Positions 40,870 through 51,757 are shown, numbered from the whole stretch's first letter. The stretch: 63,643 bases of DNA, filler included, from Bigelowiella natans CCMP2755 (GCA_000320545.1; 4 parts of 4 records of this genome joined end to end with filler, not necessarily neighbours in it); one strand, 5' to 3'. The notes: a model not told the origin generated them from the sequence alone. Made by a program: numbers and translations.

Positions 40870-41319
40870 TAGATGCCGGTGTAGCGGCGCCAGCAGAAGG
40901 AAAAGGGAGGGGGGGTAGAAGGCGGCCTGCGATACGATTTTTCGATTCATAGCGCAATGTTGTTTGGAAAAGAAAAATGGCTGTAAGACGACGCCGTACT
41001 TGTACATACGCTGAGCATGGCGGTAGCTGTGCACGACCTACTGCAGCAGTGCACGCTGCACATACGCATACGCTCACCGCGCACTCATAGCAAATGTGCG
41101 AGTATGTCATGGACGGACTGTGTCTCGTGTTGAGACATGCTAGCATGTGCAAACTAGCCATCTAGCTATGTTAGCAGCTGTGCTTGCTGTGGAACGTCTT
41201 TTGTGCCCCTGTGCCGTCTTCGTTGTCATGCGATGCATGCTAGCATGCACATGTGCATGCACATGCACACATCTAGACATGCATGAACATCACACATGCC
41301 AGCATGTGCACTGCATGTG

Positions 41320-41645
41320 TGTAGCGCGTACCACTACGCGGGCACAAGTCACGTGCGACAACAAAGGGGTTGTCGCGGATATAGAATATAGATAACGTAG
41401 ATATTAATACAGCATAGGCACGTGGGTTCCGGCGGGACTCATGGCAGCACACCGGAAGTGTGCTGCCCCACGTGCGGCGGCATTCGCGAAAGCTTCGCGA
41501 ATGATTACGCAGTGCACGATTTAATAAAAATATAATCTTTAATAAAAATAAACACAACTCTTCAAAAGGAAGCAAACGTGCCTTTCCCCCCCCCTGCCTA
41601 CTTGTGCACGTAGCGCCTCGGCCTGTGAACACCTTACGCGCAACA
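41320..41645 (+). repeat. 5' LTR
   Basis: TGTAGCGCGTA...TACGCGCAACA (10/11 terminal inverted match); two AATAAA signals. Confidence 0.97.
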
Positions 41646-41650
41646 ACCTT

Positions 41651-41673
41651 TGGCTTCCACACACGGGAAACGA
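41651..41673 (+). promoter_or_regulatory. Primer-binding-site-like motif
   Basis: TGGCTTCCACACACGGGAAACGA begins 5 nt after the LTR; complement resembles a tRNA-Glu/Asp-like 3' end; cognate tRNA not confirmed. Confidence 0.6.
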
Positions 41674-41684
41674 TTTGACTAACA

Positions 41685-44600
41685 ATGTCACAGCAGCTAG
41701 AAGAACAGCAGGACTTTGGCTCGCAGGCCGTGCAAGGGCACGAGCAGAAACAGGAAAGGAAGGGCGATACGGACGCTAAGGAAGGAGGAGGAACACCTCC
41801 ACAGGCACCGCCGGGACCAGCACCCGGGATTAAGAAAGCAGATGCAGCAGCAGAGGCACTGGAGAACTTCTACGAGGCGGACGACGAGGACGTGGCCGCC
41901 GAAAGCAAGAAGGTCGTAATGGCATTACGAGCCTTGCGACCCAGGGCGAGCAACTACGCCAAACTGAAAGTATCGATAGAATACAAGTATCAGACACATG
42001 ATGTTTGGGCAGCTATCATGCAGGACATCATGGATTACGAAGCAGACTTACCTCCAGAGTGGGCAGCTTTGTTTAGGAACGACGGGGGTCTGGGCGCCTC
42101 GCGGGGGACGACCCAGAGCACCGTCAAGCAGCAGCAGCCGGTACAGCGGAACACCCAGTTCATGTCTGTTAAAACAGCACCGGTTATGATAACGAAATAC
42201 AACGGGAAAAGAGGTGAGGCAAGGAGGTGGTGGAAGAACGCTAGGAGTATACTCTGCGACTTTACCCCTAACCCCACCGAAAACGACAAGCTCAAATGGC
42301 TAGCTATAATAAAGCAAGCCATGGACCTTTACGAGACAGGCAGGACCCGGATCAGGCAGCTAGAGAAAATACACACTACAGTTAGTGGGCTACGAGACGT
42401 TGAGGCGATAATGAAGGCTTTTGTAAATGAACAGGATGCTAACTCCCTACCCCAGGCTATTAGAAAATACAGAGCAATGATGCAGCATGAGAGAGAACCT
42501 GTTAGAGACTTTGCCACGCGCTTCCAGGATATGATCGACGAACTACATGATTTTAATTACAACACAGGTGATGATCAGGCAAGGTTTGAAGAGTTCAAGT
42601 TAAAGATAAAGGAATCCACTTACGTTACGGAGAAAGGCTACACCACGATGGAGGCAGCAGTGCAGGCTATATCCCTACGCGAGCAGGAGCAGGACCGCAA
42701 GTTTACCAGCCCTAAGGTACCTGGCATAGGAAACATTAACGCTATTAAGCCGCAGCGAGACTGGTACAAGGACAGGGAAGGTAACCGACGTTGCGGATAC
42801 TGCTCACGTAAAGGGAAACACACCGCTAAAGACTGCAGAGACAGGAAAGAAGGACGACCCAGGATGACGATCAGGCAGCTCAACGAACACTACGAGAAGT
42901 TAAAGAGAAAGAAAGGCAGAGGACAAGGATATAACAACAGCAAATGGCAAGGCAGCAACAACGGGAAGAACAATAAATATAAGAACAAAAAGCAGAACAG
43001 TATCAATGCTATACAGCAGCAGATAAACGGAATATTAGATCACCTTAAGCAGGCGCCGACGAAGACAGCAGTACCAGCAACGCAGGACCAAGACAAGCCC
43101 ATGACCCTAGACGACATAAAGAACTTAGGAGTATGCAACATTAATGACGAAGACGCTAACAGGACTATCAAAGTTGCTATGACCAAGGTTAAAGTTAAAG
43201 ACAGCTACGGAGACTACAAGAAACTACCTGCCCTTTGGGATAGTGGCAGCATGCCGAAGTCCTTCATAAGCCTAAGCACAGTAAGAAGGTTAGGACTATT
43301 GGATCAAGTGACTAAGAAAGAACGTAAATATGCTCAAGCAGACGGAAGCTCTTCCATGAAGACCGTCGGTGAGCTAATGCTAAAGCTACAGATACCTGGC
43401 AGCGACGCGGAGACCCAAATCAAGACCCGAGTAGCCATGACTTTATCCATGGAACTACTCCTCGGACAGGATGCCCTAGAAAAATTAGGGGGGATCATAT
43501 CATTCTACAATCACAAGATATACTTTGCTAAGTTGCCAAAGAAGTCAGGCAGGACCATCAGCCAGAACATGATACGGCTTGACGAGTGGACCTCTGAGTC
43601 AAGCGTTAATGCGTTAGAGTTTATGGACCTAGCGGACAACAAGCTACCTACACCTACCGAGCTACGGAAGAAGAACCCCGGCAAGACCATCCGACAGATA
43701 ACGGAGCTACTGGACAAGACCCCCCCAGCTGATGATTGGGATATCGACAAAGGCAAAAAGTACATTAATAAAATATTAAACGAGAAGTACTCTGACATCA
43801 CCAAGCCGACGACGAAGCCCTCCAGCAAGCTTACCCCAGTAAAGATCGAGCTAAAGAAGGGATACGAAGAGTGCATCATCAATGACCCAGAACATAGGCG
43901 ACCGGAAGCGGACTGGGAAAAGATAGAGTGGCAGATCAATGAATGGGCAAAGGAAGGGAAGATAGAGCCAAGCAACTCACCATGGAACGTGAGACATGTG
44001 CTAGCTAAGAAACCTACTTACCCTTTCTTCCGCCTGGCGCACAACTTCATCCGCCACAACCGAGTAATAAAGAGGATCCAGACACCTACACCAAGGATAG
44101 ATGACGTTATTGAACACGTCATAGGATACAAATACTACTCTTCCCTAGATAAAAATGAATCATACATGCAGACACCCATCCACAAAACCTCCCGCCCCAT
44201 TACCGCGTTCTCCAGCAGGCACAGGAAGTGGCACTTCGTCGTATTCCCTTACGGCCTAAGCATATCAGGGGATGCGTTCAGTAGTCAGAACTACAGGGCA
44301 TACACACATGATGGGATGGCGTCTGTGTTGTGGGTGTTTGTGTTTGTGTATGTGGATGATGACATAATATGTACCAACACAGTCGTCGCTCAGATCTTCC
44401 TCCTGGAAAATATATTTATTAGGTTTGCACACTTCGGTTTTACTATTAGACTGCAGAAGTGTACATTCCTAGCTACAAGAATCAAGTGGTGTGGATATTA
44501 CCTGGAGCAAGGCCGCATCACCCCAAACCCCGAGAAAGTAGCAGCACTACAGCAAGCCCCTAAACCTAAGAATGCAAAGGAGTTAAAGTCATTCTTGCAG

Positions 44601-46658
44601 ACTGCAGCTTGGATACTACGTAGGTTCTCCCCTACCTACGCTAGGACTGCAGCTGCTTTTACTACTGCTTACCGGAAGGAGAACTCTGTAGGCCTCAGCT
44701 TCGCTAAGGTGTGGGCCAAGGCTGGCCTTGATGCCCACTTCGATAACCTAATAAAGTTATGCAGCAACACCCTATTGAATGCTAAGCTAGACACTACTAG
44801 ACCAGCTACCCTATGGACAGACTGGTCTAAGCTAGGTATGGCTGCTGTACTTACCCAAGACCAGCAGATCATACGGGTGTGGGGCAGGGCCTGCACAGCA
44901 GCTGAGGCCAAGTACAGCCCTACAAAAGGAGAGTATAAAGCCATGACTGAGGCGCAGAGGAAACTAAGATACTACCTGCTGTCGGTGCCCAGCTTCACCT
45001 TAATGACTGACCACAAGCCCCTCCTAGGCATCGACCGCAAGCTCGAAGCGCCTAACGATGAGTATGCAGCTATGAGGGCGGACACGGAAGAGTTTAGGGA
45101 CAAGAGGACAGTGGTCTACGCACCAGGAGACAAGCAGCTTGCTGACTATTTCAGCAGGCTGTTCGAAAAGAAAGTCCCTACCCAGGTCACCCCTATGGTT
45201 AACGCGATTACCTTCGAGGACGGCGACTTCCTGCCTGAGCCAGAGGAGCTCCAGCACCTTCAAGAACACCTGGATAAATACAAACACAAGCATGAGGTAC
45301 TTAGTGATAGGATATATGTATACACTAATAATGTTAGGCGTACCTACGTGCCACGGCGGACCAGGGGAGCCCTTCTCTTTACCGCCCATGGACCTGCACA
45401 CGTAGGAGAAAACCATATCACTGCTCTACTCTACCATTACTACTGGCCCTACAAGCTAAAAGAGATAAGGACATACCTGCGTGGCTGCAGGTGCTCCAGC
45501 TTGAAGGCGGCAGGCGTCGCCACCAAGGAGTCCAGCAAGAGCCGTGCATCTAAGAAAATCAAAGCAAGGAACTTCTTAGATATCGTGCAAATTGATGTTT
45601 ATAAGTACGATGGCTATCACTACCTTACCTTCGTTGATGTGGCCACTGGAAAGTGCTGGGTTAAAAAGATTATCAAGGTCAACGTTGCTAAGAAGAACAA
45701 AGGCTTATATAAGCAGAGGCTTACTAACTGCTACCGTACCTGGGAGTCTGAGCTCCAGGCTATCCCTGATGAAGTTAGCATAAACAAGATACCAAAGAAG
45801 TTACATGTGGATAATGAGACCTCTCTTCTACAGCTACCACACCCTAATATTGATGCCTCACCTGTATACTATGCCCAGTCCAACTCCAAGGTAGAGCGAC
45901 TCCACCGCACCTTGGCCAACCTAAGCAGGATAAATAGCACCACACCAGACAAGATACAAGGGTTAGTAAACGACACCTTCACGTCTGGGGGAGGTATCAA
46001 GGATAAGGAGAGGGAAGAAGGCGACGACAACGACGACGATACCGAGAGCGAAGACGAGAAGGTCCCGTACGATGGCCGAGTTCTAAAGGAAGGACAGTAT
46101 GTTAGGGCCAAGGTAAATCTGAGATCGAGAAATAAACAAGACCCCTTCTGGGGTGGCGTTGCAAAGGTTACCGAGAGGAAGGGGAGGAAGCAGTACTACA
46201 TCTATGATGGGAACAGGGTCACCTTGCGCCACATCAGTCACCTAAAGAATTATGATATCGGTGAGAAGCTCCTAGAGGATGTTAAAGTAAACCCTACTGT
46301 GTGGGAGCGAGCAATGCCTTGTTTAGGACCCCGACCTAAGTTCGATGTGGAATATGGAAACAATAAGGTCAGGGTGAACGACGATTGGCGCATGAAGATT
46401 GTCTATCTAGGCTACCCTGGATTACGAAATATGGAGAGGGTAGCTATGAAAATAAAGGACGGAAAATATCAGCTACTCTACCTAGCTGTTCCCGACTTAC
46501 CCTTTGAGCACTGGTATAAGGTCCTGGGGGACCTTGATGCAGAGGGCTGGTATGGACACGAACCTAAGGACGAAGGTGAGTTCTGGGTAAGCGACAAAGG
46601 AGATAAGGTTAGAGAGGAATCTATTACCTGGTGGTTGGTGAAGTTCCGAAAGCGATGA
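41685..46658 (+). CDS. Gag-Pol polyprotein (1657 aa) with C-terminal degenerate Dam-like domain
   Basis: Zn knuckle CGYCSRKGKHTAKDC; protease LWDSGS; RT FVYVDD; RNase H WTDWS, TDHKPL, ADYFSR; integrase H..H..CRC, IDV, VDNE, VERLHRTL; GPY/F-like NKQDPFWGG; extra domain ~46281-46658. Confidence 0.97.
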   Translation: MSQQLEEQQDFGSQAVQGHEQKQERKGDTDAKEGGGTPPQAPPGPAPGIKKADAAAEALENFYEADDEDVAAESKKVVMALRALRPRASNYAKLKVSIEYKYQTHDVWAAIMQDIMDYEADLPPEWAALFRNDGGLGASRGTTQSTVKQQQPVQRNTQFMSVKTAPVMITKYNGKRGEARRWWKNARSILCDFTPNPTENDKLKWLAIIKQAMDLYETGRTRIRQLEKIHTTVSGLRDVEAIMKAFVNEQDANSLPQAIRKYRAMMQHEREPVRDFATRFQDMIDELHDFNYNTGDDQARFEEFKLKIKESTYVTEKGYTTMEAAVQAISLREQEQDRKFTSPKVPGIGNINAIKPQRDWYKDREGNRRCGYCSRKGKHTAKDCRDRKEGRPRMTIRQLNEHYEKLKRKKGRGQGYNNSKWQGSNNGKNNKYKNKKQNSINAIQQQINGILDHLKQAPTKTAVPATQDQDKPMTLDDIKNLGVCNINDEDANRTIKVAMTKVKVKDSYGDYKKLPALWDSGSMPKSFISLSTVRRLGLLDQVTKKERKYAQADGSSSMKTVGELMLKLQIPGSDAETQIKTRVAMTLSMELLLGQDALEKLGGIISFYNHKIYFAKLPKKSGRTISQNMIRLDEWTSESSVNALEFMDLADNKLPTPTELRKKNPGKTIRQITELLDKTPPADDWDIDKGKKYINKILNEKYSDITKPTTKPSSKLTPVKIELKKGYEECIINDPEHRRPEADWEKIEWQINEWAKEGKIEPSNSPWNVRHVLAKKPTYPFFRLAHNFIRHNRVIKRIQTPTPRIDDVIEHVIGYKYYSSLDKNESYMQTPIHKTSRPITAFSSRHRKWHFVVFPYGLSISGDAFSSQNYRAYTHDGMASVLWVFVFVYVDDDIICTNTVVAQIFLLENIFIRFAHFGFTIRLQKCTFLATRIKWCGYYLEQGRITPNPEKVAALQQAPKPKNAKELKSFLQTAAWILRRFSPTYARTAAAFTTAYRKENSVGLSFAKVWAKAGLDAHFDNLIKLCSNTLLNAKLDTTRPATLWTDWSKLGMAAVLTQDQQIIRVWGRACTAAEAKYSPTKGEYKAMTEAQRKLRYYLLSVPSFTLMTDHKPLLGIDRKLEAPNDEYAAMRADTEEFRDKRTVVYAPGDKQLADYFSRLFEKKVPTQVTPMVNAITFEDGDFLPEPEELQHLQEHLDKYKHKHEVLSDRIYVYTNNVRRTYVPRRTRGALLFTAHGPAHVGENHITALLYHYYWPYKLKEIRTYLRGCRCSSLKAAGVATKESSKSRASKKIKARNFLDIVQIDVYKYDGYHYLTFVDVATGKCWVKKIIKVNVAKKNKGLYKQRLTNCYRTWESELQAIPDEVSINKIPKKLHVDNETSLLQLPHPNIDASPVYYAQSNSKVERLHRTLANLSRINSTTPDKIQGLVNDTFTSGGGIKDKEREEGDDNDDDTESEDEKVPYDGRVLKEGQYVRAKVNLRSRNKQDPFWGGVAKVTERKGRKQYYIYDGNRVTLRHISHLKNYDIGEKLLEDVKVNPTVWERAMPCLGPRPKFDVEYGNNKVRVNDDWRMKIVYLGYPGLRNMERVAMKIKDGKYQLLYLAVPDLPFEHWYKVLGDLDAEGWYGHEPKDEGEFWVSDKGDKVREESITWWLVKFRKR

Positions 46659-46701
46659 AGGTCTAAGGGAATAAGGAAGGAAGGAAGGAGCAACGTGACT
46701 T

Positions 46702-46709
46702 GGGGGAGG
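46702..46709 (+). promoter_or_regulatory. Polypurine tract
   Basis: gggggagg immediately before the 3' LTR, within a purine-rich 3' UTR. Confidence 0.8.
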
Positions 46710-47035
46710 TGTAGCGCGTACCACTACGCGGGCACAAGTCACGTGCGACAACAAAGGGGTTGTCGCGGATATAGAATATAGATAACGTAGATATTAATAC
46801 AGCATAGGCACGTGGGTTCCGGCGGGACTCATGGCAGCACACCGGAAGTGTGCTGCCCCACGTGCGGCGGCATTCGCGAAAGCTTCGCGAATGATTACGC
46901 AGTGCACGATTTAATAAAAATATAATCTTTAATAAAAATAAACACAACTCTTCAAAAGGAAGCAAACGTGCCTTTCCCCCCCCCTGCCTACTTGTGCACG
47001 TAGCGCCTCGGCCTGTGAACACCTTACGCGCAACA
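46710..47035 (+). repeat. 3' LTR
   Basis: Identical by eye to 41320-41645. Confidence 0.97.
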
Positions 47036-47117
47036 TGTGTCTGCATTGGCCGCATGACAATGGACATGCTGGCACACCTTGAATGCGCTAGCACGTGCAA
47101 TGTGTGACATGCACAAT

Positions 47118-47535
47118 TGTTAGAAGCAGAGGGGGGCGCGCTGCACAATGCAGGCCAATGGCGCGATCAGGTCGAGGTAGGAAGGAAGGAAGGAAGGGTG
47201 GGAGGACAGCTGCACAAGCGGCTGCCTCGATTCCATGTTGAATTTGTGACCTTTTTCACATGCATGTGCCAAGTCACACTGTCATTGGGCGAAATCACCT
47301 GAAACCAAACGTGCTGCAGCGAGCCAGGCAGTTGGGCTCACTTCCTTTGCTGGCACAAAGGAAGCGCATGCAGCGTTGTGCCGCGACACGCTTGTCGCAG
47401 GCACACAACTCGCCTGCACTCGCAGCCTCTTGCTTGGTGCTTGTCGCAGCCTGCAAACGCCCGCAGATCTCTCTGCTGTTGGCGCTGGCTGCTGCAAGCA
47501 AGCACTTCGCGCGCTGAGTGCACAGCACTCCAACA
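47118..47535. mobile_element. Older solo LTR (418 bp) of another family, 5-bp TSD ACAAT
   Basis: acaat|TGTTAGA...TCCAACA|acaat (TSD at 47113-47117 and 47536-47540); 6/7 terminal inverted match. Confidence 0.7.
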
Positions 47536-47909
47536 ACAATGTGCACATCACAAACATTGTGTCCACAGTCCTGTGCGTGACATGCAGCTGATGCTCAATG
47601 AATGTGACCCTTCTGTCAAATGAGAAAAACTGGTCATCCCCACAATGCAATGATGAATGCGATGTGTGCATGTCAAGCAAGCCTCAAAAGGAGGCATTGA
47701 TGTCACGTTTCTGTCTTTGACCAGCATGAACGAAACACATGCATGTCATGTTGCATGCCACGCTGATGCTTCCTAGCTACCATTGATTTCCCCCCTGTCA
47801 TTGTCAGCCGATGGAAGACTCACAGCTCGTAGAACGCAGAAAGGCTAACATCAGGCTGGCGTAGCAACATTGTTTGCTGGATGCATTCATTCTCGACTCT
47901 TGCTTTGGG

Positions 47910-48850
47910 TCATTTTTGACTTCTCGGCTCCGATGATCTTGCGCTTAGACTTGGCTTTCCATACAACACCTTCCGACCTGGGCTATTTCGTGGGGACGGC
48001 CTTTGATGTTACAGATCGCATGTCACACGATAGATGTTCATTGTGCTAGTGGTGGACATGTAATGACTGATCTCTCGAAATTTTATTTACGATCTTGATC
48101 TTGCGGAAGCTTTTTCCCAATACTTCTTGTTGGTTTCGATGTTCCGCGAGAACTAGCCATGCATCATAAATCATCACAGAGAAGTCACGAACTGAAAAAC
48201 ATGAAGTAGTTAGTCTAGAGGTAGGGTGGGCAACGCTAAGAAGGACAGTGCAGTAGAAAGTGGTGGTTAGGGAACACAGAGTGTACATTTTGAATATTTG
48301 AGTAAGAAAAAAGGGCGAGGAGAAGACGAAAAACCTACACAATGGATGGAACTCTGAACGATTTACCTGGTGAATTCCCATCCGCTTCTCCATTACTTCA
48401 TACAGAGGCCTGACGACATACTGGATAAATCCAACGTTTCCCTTGGCGACGCTCTATATTAGACACGACAATATGCAAGACTTAGACACATAGTGAAAAC
48501 GACCGCACGTGTGTGTGTGAGGGGGGGGAGGGGTAGGACAAAGACAAGTCTTTGCATTGAAATATTGAAATACGGTCATAGATAATTAACGGTCACATTT
48601 ACCCATCATGAATATACACACTGTGTGTCACCGTCCATCTGCAAATTATTAATGCATACATCCTCGAGATGCAGAAGTTTACTGCGGTACCCTGCAGTCA
48701 CTCCGACCTGCGTCACTACCTTATTGTCAGCGGAGTGGCGATCCATGCCTCTGGACACTGGTAATCTTTATTCGCGAAAAGTGAGAGTATCGTACGTAAA
48801 CGCACACACACACACACAGAGAGAGATAGAGAGAGAGGGGGGGGGGGGGG

Positions 48851-48891
<41 letters not shown>

Positions 48892-49537
48892 TTTAGACTC
48901 ACATAATATTGAAACACTATACCAGTTACTTTTATATACACATGTCTCTCTGTGTGTGCGCGCCCGTTAGTTTGCACCCTAATTTGGCCTCTTTGTCGCC
49001 TTGCCGAAAGAACTCTTCCTGAATCAACTCACTCCAACGCTTGTGAATGGGGAAAGTACGGGCTGGATGGCCTAATGATGGTGCACGACGATTTGATGGT
49101 GTATTCTTCACACTCGCTAGAGTTAGAGGTGTGGCTAGGGGGGGGGAAAGCGCCCATTCACAAATTGTTGCGTACTTATATCGGAGCACTTGATTATGAA
49201 CTTCATAATCAGCATGCGGCCTTCCGCTGTTCCGCTCAATTCCTACATTTGACAATGTTGGAGTAGAGGTGGAATCATTGTTTGTATATTGTCTAGATTC
49301 CTCGAGGTTATGCCTACCCTCATCACGTCGAATGTTGTCGGGACGTATTTCTTCGGCCCGGGGGGGGGTTCCTTCGTGGCTGCAGGTAACAGCATCGTTG
49401 TTGCATCATCCATGCGTCCTTGCTTCTCTTTAGCTGTCGTTGTGTAAAATGCAAAATGTTTTGGTAGGAGGGAATTCAAAACTTGACGCGATAGAGCCTT
49501 TTTTTGTGCCTACTTCCGCATTTCGATGTGTAATCTC

Positions 49538-49575
<38 letters not shown>

Positions 49576-50417
49576 TACACACATACAGGTAGATATATTC
49601 TATATTCTCTCATACACTCCAGAAATTCGAATAAATGCTTGTATTCCTGGGATACATATATTTTAAAAGCATAGGACCTAAAATAACGATATTCACAAAC
49701 AAACAAACAAATGCACGCGCGCAAACTCCTTTTTGGTGGGATCAAGAACTCCATTATCGGTTCATAGGCTATGTTAGCAGCTTGGTTTGTGTGCGCTGTA
49801 CCATTGCTACCTTCATTGGAGGTCACGCTAGTACTGATTTGCATGGTGCTTTTCCTTGCCGATATATCCCGCGCTATTTTCTGACAAATTGTAAAATATA
49901 CCGTGTGATATATTGTCATCCCTATCCCGACACTCACCATAATTGTCTCGTCAATACCTTGCAGGCGTTTTCAAAGCCCTGTATGAACTTGCGGTGGTGT
50001 TCAAGGTCGGTTGCGAGCACCAATTCGATCATCTAAATCATATATAGAGAGTAAATTTCATTTGACCGTTTGTGTGTTGCGTGCGGATATGGTATGATGT
50101 TGTTGTTGTTAATTTTTGGCAGAACCAACCAGATATCGGAGTCCTTTCCATTCAGCAGGCTTGAGTATACCACGGAAGATATCACAACTGTAACATCAAT
50201 GCACTCCTCAAGAAATCACACACACACACAGACACACACACACACACACACACACACATTCTATACACAGGTCCACGCGCACCTTGGGTTTTTAAGGATC
50301 GAGAAGCATTCAGAGACATGGTATGACTCCAAAACAGACCGATCATTGTAACACAAAGCGAGGCCTGGGACGCAACGTGAAATACTTTTAAATGTAGGAA
50401 TCCCTCCTAAATTTTAC

Positions 50418-50453
<36 letters not shown>

Positions 50454-51128
50454 ATGTGTATGAGAATACAATCCGCTATTTGGAATCATCATTGTTACTG
50501 GAAGACGTTGCAATCTCGAACGCGTTGTTGGTTCCAGGATGGCCTAGATCGTGCGCCAACGCAGAGAGGAACAATGCTGTCACCTCAAGAGACGAAAGCC
50601 CTACGGTACAGGCCGCATTATCAAGACGGAAAGAGCAAAAGAGATTTGCTACGCCAAGCTTGTGACCCCGCCCCCCCAAGAACTCTAGTCGGAACGATTT
50701 ACCGTTCTTCGAATGCCCTCCAAACAACAACTATGGCAGCAACGACTGCTGCATTGCTGCTACTGCTACTAGTTCTGTTACCCATGTACCGCACCTAATG
50801 GGAAGCGAGAGCGGGTCGGAAAAGCGGTCTTCAAAGCGTCCAACATATGCGCACATGCCTGAATGTGCAGCGAAGGTGCCTTTGTTAGGCTAGTCGAGAA
50901 ATTGCGTTCCCAGTTCGCAAAGTAAGTTCTGGATGTGTGGGAGAACCTGGCAGACATCAGCCCCGTGCATAGAGTTGTGGTATGGGATGTTTTTACTGTA
51001 TCCCGATTCCACCTGCAGCGTGAAGGAACCATCAGATCGAAGGGCATTCATTAACGAAACGAGGAGTTGCGAAGAAAGGCATGAATATGCGTGGTCGATA
51101 AACCTCAAGCAACACGCGTATGCACACC

Positions 51129-51179
<51 letters not shown>

Positions 51180-51623
51180 GTAGTAAACGCATCTAGTCTA
51201 TGTAATGTACGTTTACATGCATTCGCCGTACTGGAAATGTCACAGAATGATACTACCCTGTGGAGGAATCTTTGGAAGCAAGAAACGTCGATCTAAAATG
51301 GGAAACACAGCGATTACGCCTTGCTCTCGCTATCCCACTGCCATTTTATTTGGATGATTCAGATATAAAAACGACGCCACGAATAGTTTGACATCAGCCA
51401 TCACTCTGCTTGTTAAGTGTGCTTGTACGTGTATGCGTCTACGATTTATGGGGAAAATAATGTTTTATTGCATGAATTCTGTCCCACTGTGAGGTCAGCG
51501 AAGAGTCCGAAGCTCTGGAAGAGCTCTAAGCCGACGAAGTACAGCGGTGATTTCTCGGTCATGTCGGAGAGTCGGAAAATGTCAAAGTTCCATTCCCTGA
51601 CCACAGAATCAACAATAATAGAC

Positions 51624-51663
<40 letters not shown>

Positions 51664-51718
51664 TACAAAAGGAGAGGGGGAGGGAGGAGTCGGAAGGGGA
51701 GGAGATATATCTCTTTCT

Positions 51719-51757
<39 letters not shown>

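Larger units (their letters stand above)
41320..47035 (+). mobile_element. Intact Ty3/gypsy (Metaviridae) LTR retrotransposon, 5716 bp, 4-bp TSD TGTG
   Basis: Two 326-bp TG..CA LTRs identical by eye, PBS-like motif, PPT, uninterrupted gag-pol with PR-RT-RH-INT order; tgtg at 41316-41319 and 47036-47039. Confidence 0.97.

Noticed and set aside
41315-41319. 5-bp TSD ATGTG for the Ty3/gypsy element
   Set aside because: Requires the LTR to end in AC; the canonical CA end shared by both LTRs gives the 4-bp TGTG
41415-41480. Hammerhead ribozyme in the LTR junction
   Set aside because: No CUGANGA/GAAA core in the right arrangement on either strand
41273-41662. Duplicated antisense ORF (also 46663-47148)
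   Set aside because: Reads through the LTR, starts and ends outside it at different places in the two copies, and has no motif
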